Source: Candidatus Latescibacterota bacterium (lineage in GTDB: Bacteria > Latescibacterota > UBA2968). From it: a stretch of DNA of 64,000 nucleotides. The DNA is taken from positions 1,952,001-2,016,000 of the forward strand of contig OZ240241.1 of the NCBI GenBank assembly GCA_965198115.1, written 5' to 3'. The stretch's first letter is position 1. The number at the start of each line of letters is the position of its first letter. Made by a program: the position numbers and the translations under genes. The notes beneath the pieces are model-generated. The model searched no databases and was not told where the DNA came from. It worked only from the letters and a program-made list of their open reading frames with translations. Shown here piece by piece: positions 1-10,730 of this stretch.

Positions 1-164
1 CCCTTCTTCACACCCGCGTTGGGCTGGGCGCTCTTGACCGAGACGACGATCGTGTCTCCAAGCCTCGCGTAGCGGCGTTTGGTGCCGCCAAGCACGCGGA
101 AACACATCACCTTTCGGGCGCCCGAGTTGTCGGCGCAATTCAATACCGTGTATTCCCTGACCAT
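1..164 (-). CDS. rplN: 50S ribosomal protein L14 (5' part, runs off window)
   Basis: Manual translation from ATG at 164: [44 protein letters not shown]; follows rpsQ. Confidence 0.96.
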   Translation of the reverse strand, partial: MVREYTVLNCADNSGARKVMCFRVLGGTKRRYARLGDTIVVSVKSAQPNAGVKK

Positions 165-184
165 CGCTCTCGTCTCTCTGCTCT

Positions 185-451
185 CTACTGGGCCCGCTCG
201 AGGATCTCCGCGACACGCCACCGCTTGGTCTTGCTGAGCGGCCGCGTCTCGACAATCCGGACAGTGTCACCGATGTGGGCGTCGTTGTTTTCATCGTGTG
301 CCGTGAATCGCGTCGAACGCTGCACGACCTTACCGTAAAGCGGGTGCGGTACGCGCCGGCTCACGCGAACGATCACCGTCTTGTTCGATCTGTCGCTGAC
401 GACCTCGCCAATCCGAATTTTGCGTCGGCCCCGTGCAGGTGCTTCCGTCAT
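185..451 (-). CDS. rpsQ: 30S ribosomal protein S17
   Basis: [16 protein letters not shown]...HPLYGK...AHDENN...[11 protein letters not shown]; start could be GTG at 460. Confidence 0.97.
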   Translation of the reverse strand: MTEAPARGRRKIRIGEVVSDRSNKTVIVRVSRRVPHPLYGKVVQRSTRFTAHDENNDAHIGDTVRIVETRPLSKTKRWRVAEILERAQ

Positions 452-456
452 GCCTC

Positions 457-696
457 TCACTCTCCTCCTTCGTCGCCGGCCGAATCACTGCCGCCCAGCG
501 AATGGACACCCAGCTCGTGCGCCCGCAGAACCGTCTTCAACCGAGCGACATCTCGCCGTGCCTTCCGGACCGCCAGTCCGTCCTCCAGCTGATGTGTGGC
601 CAGCTGCAGCCGCAGGTTCGTCAGCTCTTCCTGCTGGTCCTGAATCTGGGCTCGAACCTCGTCGGCGCTCATATCTCTGATTTCGGACGCTTTCAC
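457..696 (-). CDS. rpmC: 50S ribosomal protein L29
   Basis: [10 protein letters not shown]...[11 protein letters not shown]...RRDVARLKT; S10 operon position. Confidence 0.96.
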   Translation of the reverse strand: MKASEIRDMSADEVRAQIQDQQEELTNLRLQLATHQLEDGLAVRKARRDVARLKTVLRAHELGVHSLGGSDSAGDEGGE

Positions 697-1110
697 CTAA
701 AGAAATCCCCGCTCGACGAAGCGAACCTTGATCGGCAGCTTTCGTCCGGCCAGCTGGATCGCGCGCGCGGCGTTTTCACGCCCGACGCCCTCGATCTCGA
801 ACATGATGCGGCCCGGCTTGATCACAGACACCCAGTACTCCGGGCTCCCTTTGCCCTTGCCCATGCGGGTTTCGGCCGGCTTGATCGTGATCGGCTTGTC
901 CGGGAAGATTCGGATCCAGATCTTGCCGCCGCGCCCGAGAGATCGTGTGATCGCCTGACGTGCGGCCTCGATCTGCCGACTCGTAATCCAACCGGGCTCC
1001 AGAGCCTGGAGACCGAACTCACCGAAGGCGACGCGGCTGCCTCCCTTGGCAGCTCCACGCCTGCGACCCCGCTGCTGCTTCCTCCATTTGACGCGCTTGG
1101 GCATCAACAT
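697..1110 (-). CDS. rplP: 50S ribosomal protein L16
   Basis: [15 protein letters not shown]...[16 protein letters not shown]. Confidence 0.98.
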   Translation of the reverse strand: MLMPKRVKWRKQQRGRRRGAAKGGSRVAFGEFGLQALEPGWITSRQIEAARQAITRSLGRGGKIWIRIFPDKPITIKPAETRMGKGKGSPEYWVSVIKPGRIMFEIEGVGRENAARAIQLAGRKLPIKVRFVERGFL

Positions 1111-1141
1111 AGCTTACGTTTCCTCTCACCCGAGCCGAGAC

Positions 1142-1798
1142 TCAGATCCCCTCGGGGGCCTCCTGCCCCGACACGACCTCACCGTGGCAAATCCAGACCT
1201 TGACACCGACGGTGCCTGACGTCGTGTAGCCCGTCGAGCGGGCAAAGTCGATGTCGGCTCGCAGTGTGTGCAGAGGCACGCGACCTGCAGGGTCCGTCAT
1301 CTCTCGTCTCGACATTTCGGCCCCACCCAGTCGTCCGGCGCAGATCACCTTGATGCCCTCCGCACCCATCCGGAGCGCCGAAGCTACGGCCCGCTTCATC
1401 GCCCGACGGAAAGACACACGCTGCTCCAACTGGCGAGCGATGTTGTCTGCGACCAGTTGAGCGTTCAGTTCCGGTCGTTTGATTTCCTGGATGTTGATGT
1501 AGATCTCTTTGCCCGTGATGTGCTTCAGCTCGTCGCGCAGCTTGTCGACCTCGGCACCCTTGCGCCCGATCACGATTCCCGGTCGTGCCGTGTGGATCGA
1601 GATCGTCACGCGCTTCGGTGCACGCTCGATATCGACCTTGGCCACACTCGCTCGTTGCAGACGGCTTTTGATGTAACGCCGTAGCATGCTGTCTTCCTGC
1701 AGCAGCGAAGGGTAGTCGCCCTTGGGGGCGAACCATCGGGACGACCAGTCTTTGGATACACCGAGACGAAACCCGATCGGATGTGTCTTCTGACCCAA
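1142..1798 (-). CDS. rpsC: 30S ribosomal protein S3
   Basis: [14 protein letters not shown] motif [21 protein letters not shown]; TTG start. Confidence 0.98.
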   Translation of the reverse strand: MGQKTHPIGFRLGVSKDWSSRWFAPKGDYPSLLQEDSMLRRYIKSRLQRASVAKVDIERAPKRVTISIHTARPGIVIGRKGAEVDKLRDELKHITGKEIYINIQEIKRPELNAQLVADNIARQLEQRVSFRRAMKRAVASALRMGAEGIKVICAGRLGGAEMSRREMTDPAGRVPLHTLRADIDFARSTGYTTSGTVGVKVWICHGEVVSGQEAPEGI

Positions 1799-1808
1799 AT
1801 CGCCCTCC

Positions 1809-2150
1809 TTACGCGTCGTCGGAAACGACGAGTGTGATGTGACTCATCCGTTTGAGGATGTGACCCGCCGCGCCGCGTGGCATCGGACGGATTCGCTTGA
1901 ACGCGATGCCTCCGTCGACGAAGGCTTCTTTCACGTAGAGGTCCTCTTCGTTGGCCGCGTCTTCTTCCCGGTTCAACGCGTTGGCCACGGCCGACCGTAG
2001 CGTCTTCTCGACCAGTCGGGCAGCCTTCTTTGGCGTGAACCGAAGAATGTTCAGGGCCTCGTCCACGGCTTTGCCCCTCACCAGGTCCACGACCTGGCGG
2101 GTCTTTCGCGGCGAGATCTTCGCGTATTTGAGGACGGCTCGTGCTTCCAT
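1809..2150 (-). CDS. rplV: 50S ribosomal protein L22
   Basis: [27 protein letters not shown]...SHITLVV; ATG at 2150. Confidence 0.97.
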   Translation of the reverse strand: MEARAVLKYAKISPRKTRQVVDLVRGKAVDEALNILRFTPKKAARLVEKTLRSAVANALNREEDAANEEDLYVKEAFVDGGIAFKRIRPMPRGAAGHILKRMSHITLVVSDDA

Positions 2151-2160
2151 TTCTTGCTGC

Positions 2161-2448
2161 CTACTTGAGTGCCGTGGACCGCTCGGTGATCTGCCCGCCG
2201 TGTCCGCGATACGTACGGGTCGGGGCGAATTCACCCAGCTTATGACCGACCATATTCTCCGTCACGTAAACCGGAATGAACTTGTTGCCGTTGTGTACGG
2301 CGAGCGTGTGTCCCACAAACTCAGGCGAAATCGTCGACCGCCGCGCCCACGTTTGAATCACACGCTTGTCGCCGCTCTTGTTCATCGCTTCGATTTTTCT
2401 GTGAACACTGGGGTCGATGTAAGGACCCTTCTTGATCGATCTCGACAT
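2161..2448 (-). CDS. rpsS: 30S ribosomal protein S19
   Basis: [10 protein letters not shown]...[13 protein letters not shown]. Confidence 0.98.
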   Translation of the reverse strand: MSRSIKKGPYIDPSVHRKIEAMNKSGDKRVIQTWARRSTISPEFVGHTLAVHNGNKFIPVYVTENMVGHKLGEFAPTRTYRGHGGQITERSTALK

Positions 2449-2460
2449 GGTCCGCTCCCG

Positions 2461-3282
2461 TTACCCTCGTCGCCGCACGATATACTTGCTCGACTTCTTC
2501 TTCTTCTTTCTCGTGATGTAGCCCTTCGTCGGCTGGCCCCAGGGGGTCACGGGGTGACCGCCTCCCGTCGCGCGTCCCTCCCCACCGCCGTGCGGGTGAT
2601 CGACAGGATTCATGGCGACACCCCGCACCTTGGGTCGCCTGCCCAGCCAACGAGCACGACCCGCCTTCCCGATCACGATGTTCTCGTGATCCGTGTTCCC
2701 GACCTGCCCGACCGTGGCATAGCACGTCAGGCGAACGAGACGCATCTCACCCGAGGGCATCCTCAGCTGTGCAAAGTCGCCCTCTTTGGCCATGATTCGA
2801 ATTTCTGCACCCGCGGAGCGGCCGATCTGGCCACCCCGCCCCGGCTGCAGCTCGACGTTGTGCACCGCCGTCCCGTCCGGAATCTTTCCGAGCGGGAGGG
2901 CGTTGCCGACACGAATGTCGGCGTCGGGACCCGACACCACGGTCGTTCCGACCCTCAGCCCCAGCGGCGCAATGATGTAGCGCTTTTCGCCATCGACGTA
3001 GTGCAGCAGGGCAATGCGAGCCGAGCGATTGGGATCGTATTCAATCGCAGCCACCTTCGCGGGCACACCGACCTTGTTCCGCCTGAAGTCGATCTTACGA
3101 TAGTGCTTACGGTGCCCGCCCCCACGATGACGCGATGTCACGCGACCGTGGTTGTTGCGTCCCCCGGATTTCTTCTTCGTGCCGAGCAGCGCCTTTTCCG
3201 GTGTCGACTTCGTCACATCCTCGAACGTCGATACCGTCTTGAAGCGGAGGGACGGGGTCGTGGGGCGGAAAGATTTGGCCAT
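2461..3282 (-). CDS. rplB: 50S ribosomal protein L2
   Basis: [29 protein letters not shown]. Confidence 0.99.
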   Translation of the reverse strand: MAKSFRPTTPSLRFKTVSTFEDVTKSTPEKALLGTKKKSGGRNNHGRVTSRHRGGGHRKHYRKIDFRRNKVGVPAKVAAIEYDPNRSARIALLHYVDGEKRYIIAPLGLRVGTTVVSGPDADIRVGNALPLGKIPDGTAVHNVELQPGRGGQIGRSAGAEIRIMAKEGDFAQLRMPSGEMRLVRLTCYATVGQVGNTDHENIVIGKAGRARWLGRRPKVRGVAMNPVDHPHGGGEGRATGGGHPVTPWGQPTKGYITRKKKKKSSKYIVRRRG

Positions 3283-3295
3283 GGCTTCCGGAATC

Positions 3296-3583
3296 CTAGC
3301 TTTCGAAGTACTCGATGCTCTGACCGTCTGCGAGCGTCACGACGGCTTTCTTCCAGTCCGGGCGACGACCCACGAACCGCCCGAGTCGCTTGACCTTCCC
3401 GTGGACGCCGCTCGTGTTCACCTTCACGACGTTCACGTCGAAGAGCACCTCGACGGCGCGCTTGACGTCGATCTTGTTCGCGGCACGGTCGACTTCGAAC
3501 AGATACTTGTTCTCCGACTCTTGGAGGGTGGTGGCCCGCTCGGTGATGATCGGACGCCGAATGACACGTCGAGAGGATTTCAC
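3296..3583 (-). CDS. rplW: 50S ribosomal protein L23
   Basis: IRRPIITER...[18 protein letters not shown]...WKKAVVTL; GTG start overlaps rplD stop. Confidence 0.96.
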   Translation of the reverse strand: MKSSRRVIRRPIITERATTLQESENKYLFEVDRAANKIDVKRAVEVLFDVNVVKVNTSGVHGKVKRLGRFVGRRPDWKKAVVTLADGQSIEYFES

Positions 3584-4212
3584 GAAACACCCCAAATCGA
3601 CTGTGCGCGATCGAGCGCACCCTGAGTGAAAATCACCGCATCCGCGAGCAGGACATCGTAGGCGCACACCTGGCCGACGGGTCGGACCTCCAACCCCCTG
3701 ATATTCCGGCACGACTTGGCCACGTTGGCATCGGGCTCGTCCGTCAGCAGCAGCGCCCGAGCGTTGTCCACTTCGATGGCCCGCGTCATCCCCGCGATCC
3801 TACGCGTCTGCGGCGCATCGAGCGTGATGTTCTCCACCACCTTCACGGCCCCAGTGCTGGCCTTGAGCGACAACGCCGACTTCAACGCAAGCTGACGCAC
3901 CTTCTTGGGTAGTCGCTCCTGACAAAACTGCGGTTGAGGCCCGTGCGCGACCCCACCACCAACACGGATCGGCGACGACGCAGACCCGGCCCGGGATCGT
4001 CCTGTCCCCTTTTGACGATACAGCTTCCGCTTCGTGAGGAACACCTCACCCCGTGTCTTCGTTGCCGACGTTCCCTGCCTCTGGTTTGTCCGGTAAGCTC
4101 TGACGGCCTGGTAGATCGCGCCTTCCGAAGGCTCCACGCCGAACACGCCGTCGTCCAAATCGGCCTTCCCCACCACTTTACCGTCCAGATTGTGTATGTC
4201 TACGGTCGCCAT
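3580..4212 (-). CDS. rplD: 50S ribosomal protein L4
   Basis: RQGTSATKTRGEV...RQKGTGRSRAGS..SP..VGGGVAHGPQP. Confidence 0.98.
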   Translation of the reverse strand: MATVDIHNLDGKVVGKADLDDGVFGVEPSEGAIYQAVRAYRTNQRQGTSATKTRGEVFLTKRKLYRQKGTGRSRAGSASSPIRVGGGVAHGPQPQFCQERLPKKVRQLALKSALSLKASTGAVKVVENITLDAPQTRRIAGMTRAIEVDNARALLLTDEPDANVAKSCRNIRGLEVRPVGQVCAYDVLLADAVIFTQGALDRAQSIWGVS

Positions 4213-4226
4213 CGCCCTTTCTCGTC

Positions 4227-4853
4227 CTATGACGATCGCTTGTGAATCACGAGCGTCGCACCACGGCCGCCGGGGACGCTTCCCCTCACAAGCAGCAGGT
4301 TCTTGTCCGGGTCGGTGCCGAACACCGTCAGACCCCGAACCGTCACGTTCCGGTCGCCCATGTGCCCGGCCATGCGAATCCCTTTCATGACGCGAGAAGG
4401 CGTCGAGCTTTGACCGATCGACCCGGGTGAACGGTGTCGATCCGATTGACCGTGGGTCTTGGGACCCCCTTTAAAACCGTGCCGCTTCACACCCCCGGCG
4501 AACCCTCGACCCTTCGAACGGGCCGAGACATCGACCGTGTCACCCGACTCGAAAACCTCGACGTTCAGCACGTCCCCGACCCCGTGATCGGACCCGCCAT
4601 CGAGTCGAAACTCCTTCAACACTCGGTGCGGGCCGACACCGGCTTTGGCAAAGATTCCGCCGGCCGGCTTCGAGATCCGCTGTGATTTCACCTCGTCGAA
4701 GGCCACTTTGAGGGCGCTGTAACCATCCGTGTCTTGCGTCTTGACCTGAACGACGGGGCACGGCCCCGCCTGGATGACGGTGATCATCGTCAGATTCTCG
4801 TTCTCGTCGAAAACCTGGGTCACGCCGACTTTTTTCCCGATCAAACCGAGCAC
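4227..4853 (-). CDS. rplC: 50S ribosomal protein L3
   Basis: GLIGKKVGVTQ, SKGRGFAGGVKRHGF, MAGHMG. Confidence 0.98.
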   Translation of the reverse strand: MLGLIGKKVGVTQVFDENENLTMITVIQAGPCPVVQVKTQDTDGYSALKVAFDEVKSQRISKPAGGIFAKAGVGPHRVLKEFRLDGGSDHGVGDVLNVEVFESGDTVDVSARSKGRGFAGGVKRHGFKGGPKTHGQSDRHRSPGSIGQSSTPSRVMKGIRMAGHMGDRNVTVRGLTVFGTDPDKNLLLVRGSVPGGRGATLVIHKRSS

Positions 4854-4857
4854 GACG

Positions 4858-5166
4858 TCACACCTTGATTTCGATGTCGATACCGGCGGGCAGATCGAGC
4901 TTCATCAGCGCGTCAACCGTTTGCGGTGTCGAGTTGTGAATGTCGATCAGACGCTTGTGCACCTTCATCTGGAACTGCTCGCGCGACTTCTTGTAAACGT
5001 GGGGCGATCGCAGCACCGTGTAGAGCGACCGCTTCGTCGGCAGAGGAATGGGTCCCGAAATGAGGGCGCCCGTCCGCTTCGCCGTCCGAACGATATCGTC
5101 GGCCGAACGATCCAGCGCCAGGTGGTCGTAAGCTTTCAGTCGGATTCGGATCTTTTGTGCCGGCAC
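4858..5166 (-). CDS. rpsJ: 30S ribosomal protein S10
   Basis: [11 protein letters not shown]...GPIPLPT...[13 protein letters not shown]. Confidence 0.98.
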   Translation of the reverse strand: MPAQKIRIRLKAYDHLALDRSADDIVRTAKRTGALISGPIPLPTKRSLYTVLRSPHVYKKSREQFQMKVHKRLIDIHNSTPQTVDALMKLDLPAGIDIEIKV

Positions 5167-5181
5167 GCGCTTCTCCTAACG

Positions 5182-6375
<1,194 letters not shown>

Positions 6376-6402
6376 CTCTTGATTCCTCCTGTCGAGCCCT
6401 AA

Positions 6403-7515
6403 GTGCATGGTTTCATAAATATTATTACGTATGTCCTGAACATTATTTGTAGCTTATGTTCTCCTTCAAAAGGAGGAGAACAATGCCAAGACGTTCGCCT
6501 TATGTGGTGCTACTGTCTGAGAAGGAACGGGTCGACCTCGAGCGAATGGCTGGACAATATACGTTACCGTATTATCAAGTGATCCGATCGAAAATCGTGC
6601 TTCTCGCCGCCGAGGGATTATCCAACAAGATTATCGCCCAACGGTTGGATGTCCCGCGTCCGATCGTAAGCAAATGGCGTAAGCGCTTTTTCGAAGAGCG
6701 TCTTTCGGGACTCGAAGATAGATCTCGTCCCGGGCGCCCGCCCGGTTTTCCCCCCTCAGGTGGTCGTTCAGATCAAGGCGCTGGCGTGTGAACTACCGAG
6801 CGAGAGCGGGATACCGCTCTCGCGGTCCAGCTGTTCCGAGATTGCCGCCGAGGCAGTGCAAAGGGGCTTCGTTGCCAAGATCAGCGGCGCCACTGTCTGG
6901 CGCTGGTTGAACGAGGACGCGATTCGTCCTTGGTATCATCGCTCCTGGATTTTCCCACGGGACCCGGACTTCCAAACCAAAGCAGGTAGAGTCCTTGATC
7001 TGTATCACCGCCAATGGCAAGGAAAGCCTTTAGGGCCGAGGGAATATGTACTTTCTGCCGACGAAAAGACCAGTCTTCTTCGGGTATCGAGCCCTTCAAC
7101 CGGCTCCTGAGCCTGATCATGAGCCGGAAACCCTATTGCTCGGCAAAGAAAGTCTACCTCATCGTGGATAATGGCTCCTCGCACCGAGGGCAAACATGCA
7201 TCGACCGTATCCAGGGGAAGTGGCCAAACATCCACCCCGTTCACCTTCCGATCCACGCAAGCTGGCTCAATCAGATCGAGATCTACTTCTCGATCCTCAA
7301 ACGCAAGGCTCTGACACCTATCGAATTTGCATCGCTCGAAGAGCTTGAGGCAAGAATCCTCGGTTTTCAGGAACGCTACGGACGTATCGCCACACCCTTC
7401 AAATGGAAGTTCACACGAACAGATCTCGCGGAGATGATCGACAAACTCAGGTTCTACGATACGCCCTTGGCAAAGTCTGCTTAGAATACGTCACCGTATT
7501 TGAGAACAGGAGTAC
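6403..7515 (+). mobile_element. IS630-family insertion sequence (1113 bp), probably defective
   Basis: TAA on both flanks (6400-6402, 7516-7518; CTAAGT at both junctions); imperfect terminal inverted repeats (18/30 by eye); IS630 transposase fragments; visibly lower GC. Confidence 0.88.
6483..7484 (+). pseudogene. IS630 transposase in three reading-frame pieces (HTH orfA; N-terminal DDE part to ADEKTS; C-terminal DNGSSH...SWLNQIE part)
   Basis: ORFs 6456/6483-6791, 6760-7110 and 7014-7484; +1 shift at T4C6 (6746-6755); second shift with apparent internal deletion at about 7074. Confidence 0.85.
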
Positions 7516-7574
7516 TAAGTCAGGGTGGCTCGCCACCCGCTTTGAGAGTTGCTCTTCGCTATGATTCAGGGCGC

Positions 7575-9668
7575 TTACGCACTCGCGCGAAGCGCCCCCA
7601 CTTTGGACATGATCTCTTCAGCTACGCTGTTGGGTACTTCCTGGAATTTGGAAAACTCCATCGAGTAGATCGCGCGCCCCTGAGTCACCGAGCGAAGGGT
7701 CGTGGCATATCCGAACATTTCGCAAAGAGGAACGCTGGCCGAAATAACCTGTGCATCGGCGCGGCTGTTCATGCCTTCGATGTGCCCTCGCCGCGAGTTC
7801 AGATCACCCATGACGTCGCCCATGTACTCTTCGGGCACGACGACTTCGACATTCATGATCGGTTCGAGCAGATACGGGTTTGCCTTCCGGGCACCCTCCC
7901 GAAACGCCATCGATCCGGCCACCCGGAAAGCCATCTCCGAAGAATCGACGTCGTGATACGACCCGTCGATCAACGAGACCTCCACGTCTTCGAACGGGTA
8001 CCCCGCCAGCACACCACCGGTCATGGCGTCCTGAATGCCATTTCGAACCGATGGAATGTATTCCTGGGGAATCTTGCCACCGACGATCTTGTTCTCGAAC
8101 GTGAGGCCGGTTCCCGATTCTCCAGGGCCCATTTCGATCACGACGTGACCGTACTGGCCGCGACCGCCCGTCTGGCGTACGAAACGACCTTCGATCTCGA
8201 CCGTTTTTCGGATCGACTCCTTGTAGGTTACCTGCGGTCTTCCGACCGTGGCCTCGACCTTGAATTCGCGTAAAAGTCGGTCGACGATGATCTCCAGGTG
8301 GAGCTCGCCCATGCCAGAAATGATCGTCTGGCCCGTGTCTTCGTCCGTGTGCACCTGGAAAGTCGGGTCCTCCTCAGCGAGCTTGGCCAGCGCACCTCCC
8401 AATGAATCCTGATCGGCCTTGGTCTTGGGTTCGATGGCGACCGAAATGACGGGAGCCGCGAATTCCATCGACTCTAGAATGACCGGTGCATCCTCCACAC
8501 ACAGCGTCTCTCCCGTCCCCGTATCCATGAGACCGACCACGGCGGCGATGTCACCGGTGTGGACTTGGTCGATTTCCTCGCGCTTGTTCGCGTGCATCTG
8601 GAGCATCCGACCGATGCGTTCACGTTTTCCTTTGTTGCTGTTAGCCACGTAGGATCCGGCCTTGAGCGTCCCCGAATACACGCGGAAGTAGGTCAATCGG
8701 CCCACGTAGGGATCGGTCATGACCTTGAAAGCCAGAGATGAGAACGGCGCGTCGTCGTCGATGTCGCGGACGAGAGGCTCGCTCGTTTTAGGATCGTATC
8801 CCTCGACCGCGGGGATATCGGCCGGCGAAGGCAGGTAGTCGACGATTCCGTCCAGCAAACGCTGGACGCCTTTGTTCTTGAAGGCCGAGCCGCAAAACAC
8901 GGCCACTGCCATCCCTGCCACGACAGCCTGTCGAAGCGCAGTCTTGATCTCCTCTTCGGCGACGTCTTCGCCGTCGAGGAACTTTTCCATCAGCGTGTCA
9001 TCGAAATCCGAAACCGACTCGAGGAGCTTTTCCCGATACGTGTTGGCCTCGTCTTTGAGGTCGTGGGGAATGTCGTCTTCGGTAAACTTCACACCCAGCG
9101 GATCCTCCTGGTAGGACACCAGACGCATCCTGACCAGATCGATCAACCCCGTGAACAACTCCCCCGAGCCGACGGGGATCTGAACCGGCACGAAGTTCGA
9201 GCCAAGACGATCGCGCATCATCTCCAGGACCCGAAAGAAATCGGCCCCGGTTCGGTCCATTTTGTTGACGAACGCGATTCGGGGCACGTGGTACTTGTCG
9301 GCCTGACGCCAGACGGTCTCCGACTGCGGCTCTACGCCGCCGACCGCGCAAAAGACGCCGACCGCCCCGTCGAGCACCCTGAGCGAACGCTCGACCTCCG
9401 CCGTAAAATCGACGTGTCCGGGCGTGTCGATGATGTTGATGCGATGATCGTTCCAGAAGCACGTCGTCGCGGCCGACGTGATCGTGATCCCACGCTCACG
9501 TTCCTGCTGCATCCAGTCCATCGTCGCCGCACCGTCGTGCACTTCGCCCATGCGGTGCAGTACGCCCGTATAGTAGAGGATGCGCTCGGTCGTCGTCGTC
9601 TTGCCGGCATCGATATGCGCCATGATGCCGATGTTCCGAATGCGCTCTAGGTCGATCGATCTTGGCAT
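7575..9668 (-). CDS. fusA: Elongation factor G (697 aa)
   Basis: [37 protein letters not shown]; ATG at 9668. Confidence 0.99.
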   Translation of the reverse strand: MPRSIDLERIRNIGIMAHIDAGKTTTTERILYYTGVLHRMGEVHDGAATMDWMQQERERGITITSAATTCFWNDHRINIIDTPGHVDFTAEVERSLRVLDGAVGVFCAVGGVEPQSETVWRQADKYHVPRIAFVNKMDRTGADFFRVLEMMRDRLGSNFVPVQIPVGSGELFTGLIDLVRMRLVSYQEDPLGVKFTEDDIPHDLKDEANTYREKLLESVSDFDDTLMEKFLDGEDVAEEEIKTALRQAVVAGMAVAVFCGSAFKNKGVQRLLDGIVDYLPSPADIPAVEGYDPKTSEPLVRDIDDDAPFSSLAFKVMTDPYVGRLTYFRVYSGTLKAGSYVANSNKGKRERIGRMLQMHANKREEIDQVHTGDIAAVVGLMDTGTGETLCVEDAPVILESMEFAAPVISVAIEPKTKADQDSLGGALAKLAEEDPTFQVHTDEDTGQTIISGMGELHLEIIVDRLLREFKVEATVGRPQVTYKESIRKTVEIEGRFVRQTGGRGQYGHVVIEMGPGESGTGLTFENKIVGGKIPQEYIPSVRNGIQDAMTGGVLAGYPFEDVEVSLIDGSYHDVDSSEMAFRVAGSMAFREGARKANPYLLEPIMNVEVVVPEEYMGDVMGDLNSRRGHIEGMNSRADAQVISASVPLCEMFGYATTLRSVTQGRAIYSMEFSKFQEVPNSVAEEIMSKVGALRASA

Positions 9669-9700
9669 TCTAAGCGTCTCCGCCTCGCCCCTGCCTCCCG

Positions 9701-10171
9701 TTACCACCGGTAGTGTGCGAATGCCCGGTTGGCTTCGGCCATCCGGTGCGTCTCTTCCTTCCGCTGAATCGACCGCCCCTGGCCGCTCGAGGCATCCATC
9801 AGCTCCCCTGCCAGTTTCTGCGCCATCGTCTTTTCGCCACGCTGACGCGCGAACAGAATCAACCACCGGATCGACAGCGCCAGTCTTTCGTCCTGACGCA
9901 CCTCGACCGGAATCTGATAGGTCTGCCCGCCCACGCGCCGAGATCGCACGTGAATCATGGGCTTCACACTGTCGACGGCCTTCTCGAACACTTCCAGGCC
10001 TTCGTTTCCGGACCGCTCTTTGATGATGTCGAACGCATCGTAGATGATGCGCTCGCCGGTGCTCTTTTTGCCTTTCTTGAACAGGCAATTCACGAACTGG
10101 GTCACGAGCACGCTGTGGTGCTTCGGGTCCGGAAAGGGCGGTCGCTTACCGCCGCGACGTTTTCGAGCCAT
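9701..10171 (-). CDS. rpsG: 30S ribosomal protein S7
   Basis: [19 protein letters not shown]...[11 protein letters not shown]...[15 protein letters not shown]. Confidence 0.98.
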   Translation of the reverse strand: MARKRRGGKRPPFPDPKHHSVLVTQFVNCLFKKGKKSTGERIIYDAFDIIKERSGNEGLEVFEKAVDSVKPMIHVRSRRVGGQTYQIPVEVRQDERLALSIRWLILFARQRGEKTMAQKLAGELMDASSGQGRSIQRKEETHRMAEANRAFAHYRW

Positions 10172-10265
10172 TGCTTTCCTCACACTAAGGGGGACTCGTG
10201 CAGCCTCGCTGCAGCGTCCCCCTCGTTATCCTGAAAAACCGACCGGGCCCAAGGCCTCTATTCGA

Positions 10266-10637
10266 TCAGTTCGGCGCTTTGGCCCCGTATTTTGAACGAC
10301 CCTGTCGTCGGTCGGAAACACCCGTCGTGTCGAGAACACCACGCACGATGTGATACCTCACCGAAGGGAGGTCCTTCACGCGACCCCCACGAATCAACAC
10401 GACCGAGTGCTCCTGCAGGTTGTGACCTTCGCCCGGGATGTAGGCCGTGACCTCCATTCCGTTCGTCAGCCGCACGCGAGCCACCTTGCGCAAAGCGGAA
10501 TTCGGCTTTTTTGGTGTGGTCGTGTAGACACGCGTGCAGACGCCACGCTTTTGCGGGCACCCCCTGAGCGCAGGAGCTGTGGATCGCTTCGGCTTTTCCC
10601 GTCGCCCCTTTCGGACGAGTTGGTTGATCGTGGGCAA
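10266..10637 (-). CDS. rpsL: 30S ribosomal protein S12
   Basis: [11 protein letters not shown]...[16 protein letters not shown]; TTG start with AAGGAG RBS. Confidence 0.99.
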   Translation of the reverse strand: MPTINQLVRKGRREKPKRSTAPALRGCPQKRGVCTRVYTTTPKKPNSALRKVARVRLTNGMEVTAYIPGEGHNLQEHSVVLIRGGRVKDLPSVRYHIVRGVLDTTGVSDRRQGRSKYGAKAPN

Positions 10638-10673
10638 ACACAATCTCCTTAGGATTTCTTATGGGAGACTTCC

Positions 10674-10702
10674 AATATATAAGTTAGGTTCCTGACTGTC
10701 AA
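10674..10702 (-). promoter_or_regulatory. Sigma70-type promoter of str operon
   Basis: TTGACA (10702-10697), 17 bp spacer, TATATT (10679-10674). Confidence 0.75.
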
Positions 10703-10730
10703 GCGATTCCTCCGAGCCCGAATCTCGCTT

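Noticed and set aside
9669-10088. 140-aa N-terminal extension of EF-G (and similar extensions of tuf, rpoB, rplW, UDG, DUF58, YyaL)
   Set aside because: ORF-caller artefacts overlapping upstream genes; homology and RBS point to downstream starts
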